The translations under genes and the position numbers were made by a program. The notes under the pieces are model-generated. The model saw only the letters and a program-made list of their open reading frames with translations, had not been told where the DNA came from and did no database searches. From positions 1,471,580 to 1,535,579 of the forward strand of contig OZ242312.1 of assembly GCA_965207805.1 (NCBI GenBank): DNA of 64,000 bases. The letters run 5' to 3'. Shown here one piece after another: positions 62,526 through 64,000 of the stretch. This stretch comes from Gemmatimonadota bacterium (GTDB lineage: Bacteria > Gemmatimonadota > Gemmatimonadetes > Palauibacterales > Palauibacteraceae). Every line of letters begins with the position of its first letter. Position 1 is the first letter of the stretch.

Positions 62526-64000
62526 TCAGCGGCGCGGCGGGATGCGGATCGGGTCGCCAAGATCGGGCATCACACCAAGGTCGCCCAGCAGCGCCTCCAG
62601 CGCCGGCATGCTCCCGCCCAGAAGCGCGTTGATGCGCTCCGCGACCGTCGGCAGCGCCTCCCAGGCCTGACCGATCCGGTACATCTGATCCGCTGTGGGC
62701 TCGCCGGACCACCCCTCCATCTGCCCGATGCCGGCGCCTCCGGCGACGTCGCCGAGGTCGTCGCCGATCTCCTCGAGTTCGCCGGAGATCTCCTCCGCCA
62801 TGGCCTCGATCCGCTCGCGGTCGGCATCCGCCATCCCGGCGTCGTCCACAAGGGCCCGGATCTCAGCCAGGCGGTCGTTCATGGCGCCGATCCTCTGGCG
62901 CGCGTCGCGCGCCGGGCCCGCCAGCGCGTGCGCCTGCAGCATCGCGTCCTGCCGCGCCACGAGGGCCGCCCGACTCGCTTCACGCCGCGGATCGAGCCGC
63001 ACGCCGACGTCCGTCGTCTGGCTCTCATCTCCGACGGTGAGCCGCACCGTGTACGTCCCCGGCAGCACGCGCGGTCCCGCGCCCGGCGGCGGTCCGCGCG
63101 AGAAGCCTCCCCCGCCCCCCTCCACGTCGAAGGCCGGATCCACCCGGAAATCCCACAGCACTTCGTTCACGCCCGCCTCGCCGCCCACTTCCATCGTGCG
63201 CAGCACGTCGTCTCCGTCGAGCACTTCGAGGCTCGCCCCGCCCGCGTCCACGCCCTCGCCGACGTAGTACCGGAGCGGGATCCCGGCCGGCGGGTTGGGC
63301 GCGACGAACGTCGCCGGCTGGAACGGCCAGTCCATCCCCATCGACCACATCGTGCCGCGCCGCGCGCCGAACAGCCGGAAGTCGGAGGCCAGCACGTCCG
63401 CGGACATCTCCTCCAGCGGGGTGATGTCGTCCAGAATCCAGATGCTGCGGCCGTGCGTCCCCACGACGAGGTCGTTCTCGCGCGGGTGGATCGCGATGTC
63501 GTCCACCGCGGCCACGGGGAGGTTGTTCACCATCCGCGCCCACGACTCGCCGCGGTCGATCGACATGTAAATTCCGATCTCGTTCCCGACGAAGAGGAGG
63601 CTCGGGTTCCGCGGGTGCTCCCGGATCACGTTGACGGACCAGCCGTCGGGGAGGCCCGCCGTGATCCGCCGCCAGCTCGCGCCGTGGTCCTCGCTCACGT
63701 AGGCGTAAGGCGCGTAGTCGTCGTTCCGGTGGCCGTCGAACGTCACGTACACCCGTCCGTCTGCCGCGTACGACGTCTCGAGACGGCTCACATAGGTGCG
63801 GGGCGGGACGCCGGGCACCCGGTCGATGACGTTTGTCCACGTCGCGCCGCCATCGAGTGTCACCTGCAGGTTTCCGTCATCCGTCCCCACGTAGAGGGCG
63901 TCGGGCGAGTGTTTCGATTCGGCGAGCGCCGTGATGTTCCCGTATGAGGCGATGCCGTCGTTGTCCGACAGCGTCTCGTCCGTCACCACCCGGCCCATGA
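62526..64000 (-). CDS. BNR/sortilin-type (beta-propeller) repeat protein, C-terminal part (5' end lies outside the window)
   Basis: Repeated S/T-x-D-x-G-x-T/S-W motifs (TLDGGATWTNV, SEDHGASWRRI, SIDRGESWARM). The ORF is open to the window edge. Confidence 0.75.
   Translation of the reverse strand, partial: MGRVVTDETLSDNDGIASYGNITALAESKHSPDALYVGTDDGNLQVTLDGGATWTNVIDRVPGVPPRTYVSRLETSYAADGRVYVTFDGHRNDDYAPYAYVSEDHGASWRRITAGLPDGWSVNVIREHPRNPSLLFVGNEIGIYMSIDRGESWARMVNNLPVAAVDDIAIHPRENDLVVGTHGRSIWILDDITPLEEMSADVLASDFRLFGARRGTMWSMGMDWPFQPATFVAPNPPAGIPLRYYVGEGVDAGGASLEVLDGDDVLRTMEVGGEAGVNEVLWDFRVDPAFDVEGGGGGFSRGPPPGAGPRVLPGTYTVRLTVGDESQTTDVGVRLDPRREASRAALVARQDAMLQAHALAGPARDARQRIGAMNDRLAEIRALVDDAGMADADRERIEAMAEEISGELEEIGDDLGDVAGGAGIGQMEGWSGEPTADQMYRIGQAWEALPTVAERINALLGGSMPALEALLGDLGVMPDLGDPIRIPPRR

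Overview
High-GC (about two-thirds G+C by eye) bacterial chromosomal window made up almost entirely of the conserved transcription/translation core. About 57 kb (2852-59920) is coded on the + strand. Gene order on the minus strand at the start: purD (partial), M48 peptidase, cystathionine gamma-synthase-family enzyme. Then on the + strand: glmM-like, glmS, a DUF1232-like protein, a hypothetical protein and cysS; tRNA-Thr(UGU), tRNA-Tyr(GUA), tuf, rpmG, secE, nusG, rplK-rplA-rplJ-rplL, rpoB, rpoC; rpsL, rpsG, fusA, a second tuf, and the S10/spc/alpha genes (rpsJ to rplQ) with no gap over 100 nt; an orphan membrane protein and rpmB; hemD, hemB; a nucleotide-sugar cluster (epimerase, ugd, UDP-GlcA decarboxylase, GT2), a TPR lipoprotein, bamD, nadD, secA; a cupredoxin-like protein, an aminotransferase, a Tat-signal Rossmann protein, a RelB/RelE-type toxin-antitoxin pair and a GcvT-like protein. 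The window ends with a minus-strand dimethylglycine-dehydrogenase-like fusion and a BNR/sortilin-type repeat protein that runs off the end. BamD implies a diderm; the taxon cannot be set from sequence alone (Gemmatimonadota-like is only a guess). I found no CRISPR array, IS element, integrase, prophage or defence island, and no convincing novel multi-gene system. The leads are small: (1) a promoter-like element followed by a textbook intrinsic terminator in the rpoC-rpsL spacer, a candidate attenuator or small RNA ahead of the roughly 20-kb ribosomal gene train; (2) a membrane-anchored protein of unknown function between rplQ and rpmB; (3) two apparently nucleotide-identical tuf copies with sharp identity boundaries; (4) extra sequence in rpoB and secA; (5) a ugd/uxs/GT2 cluster coupled to a TPR lipoprotein and BamD; (6) a TA module with a perfect 20-bp operator palindrome over its promoter. 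Several CDS starts were moved from the longest-ORF start in the track using homology and Shine-Dalgarno (SD) positions. rpmG, rpmJ and both tRNAs are absent from the ORF track and were found by reading the sequence.
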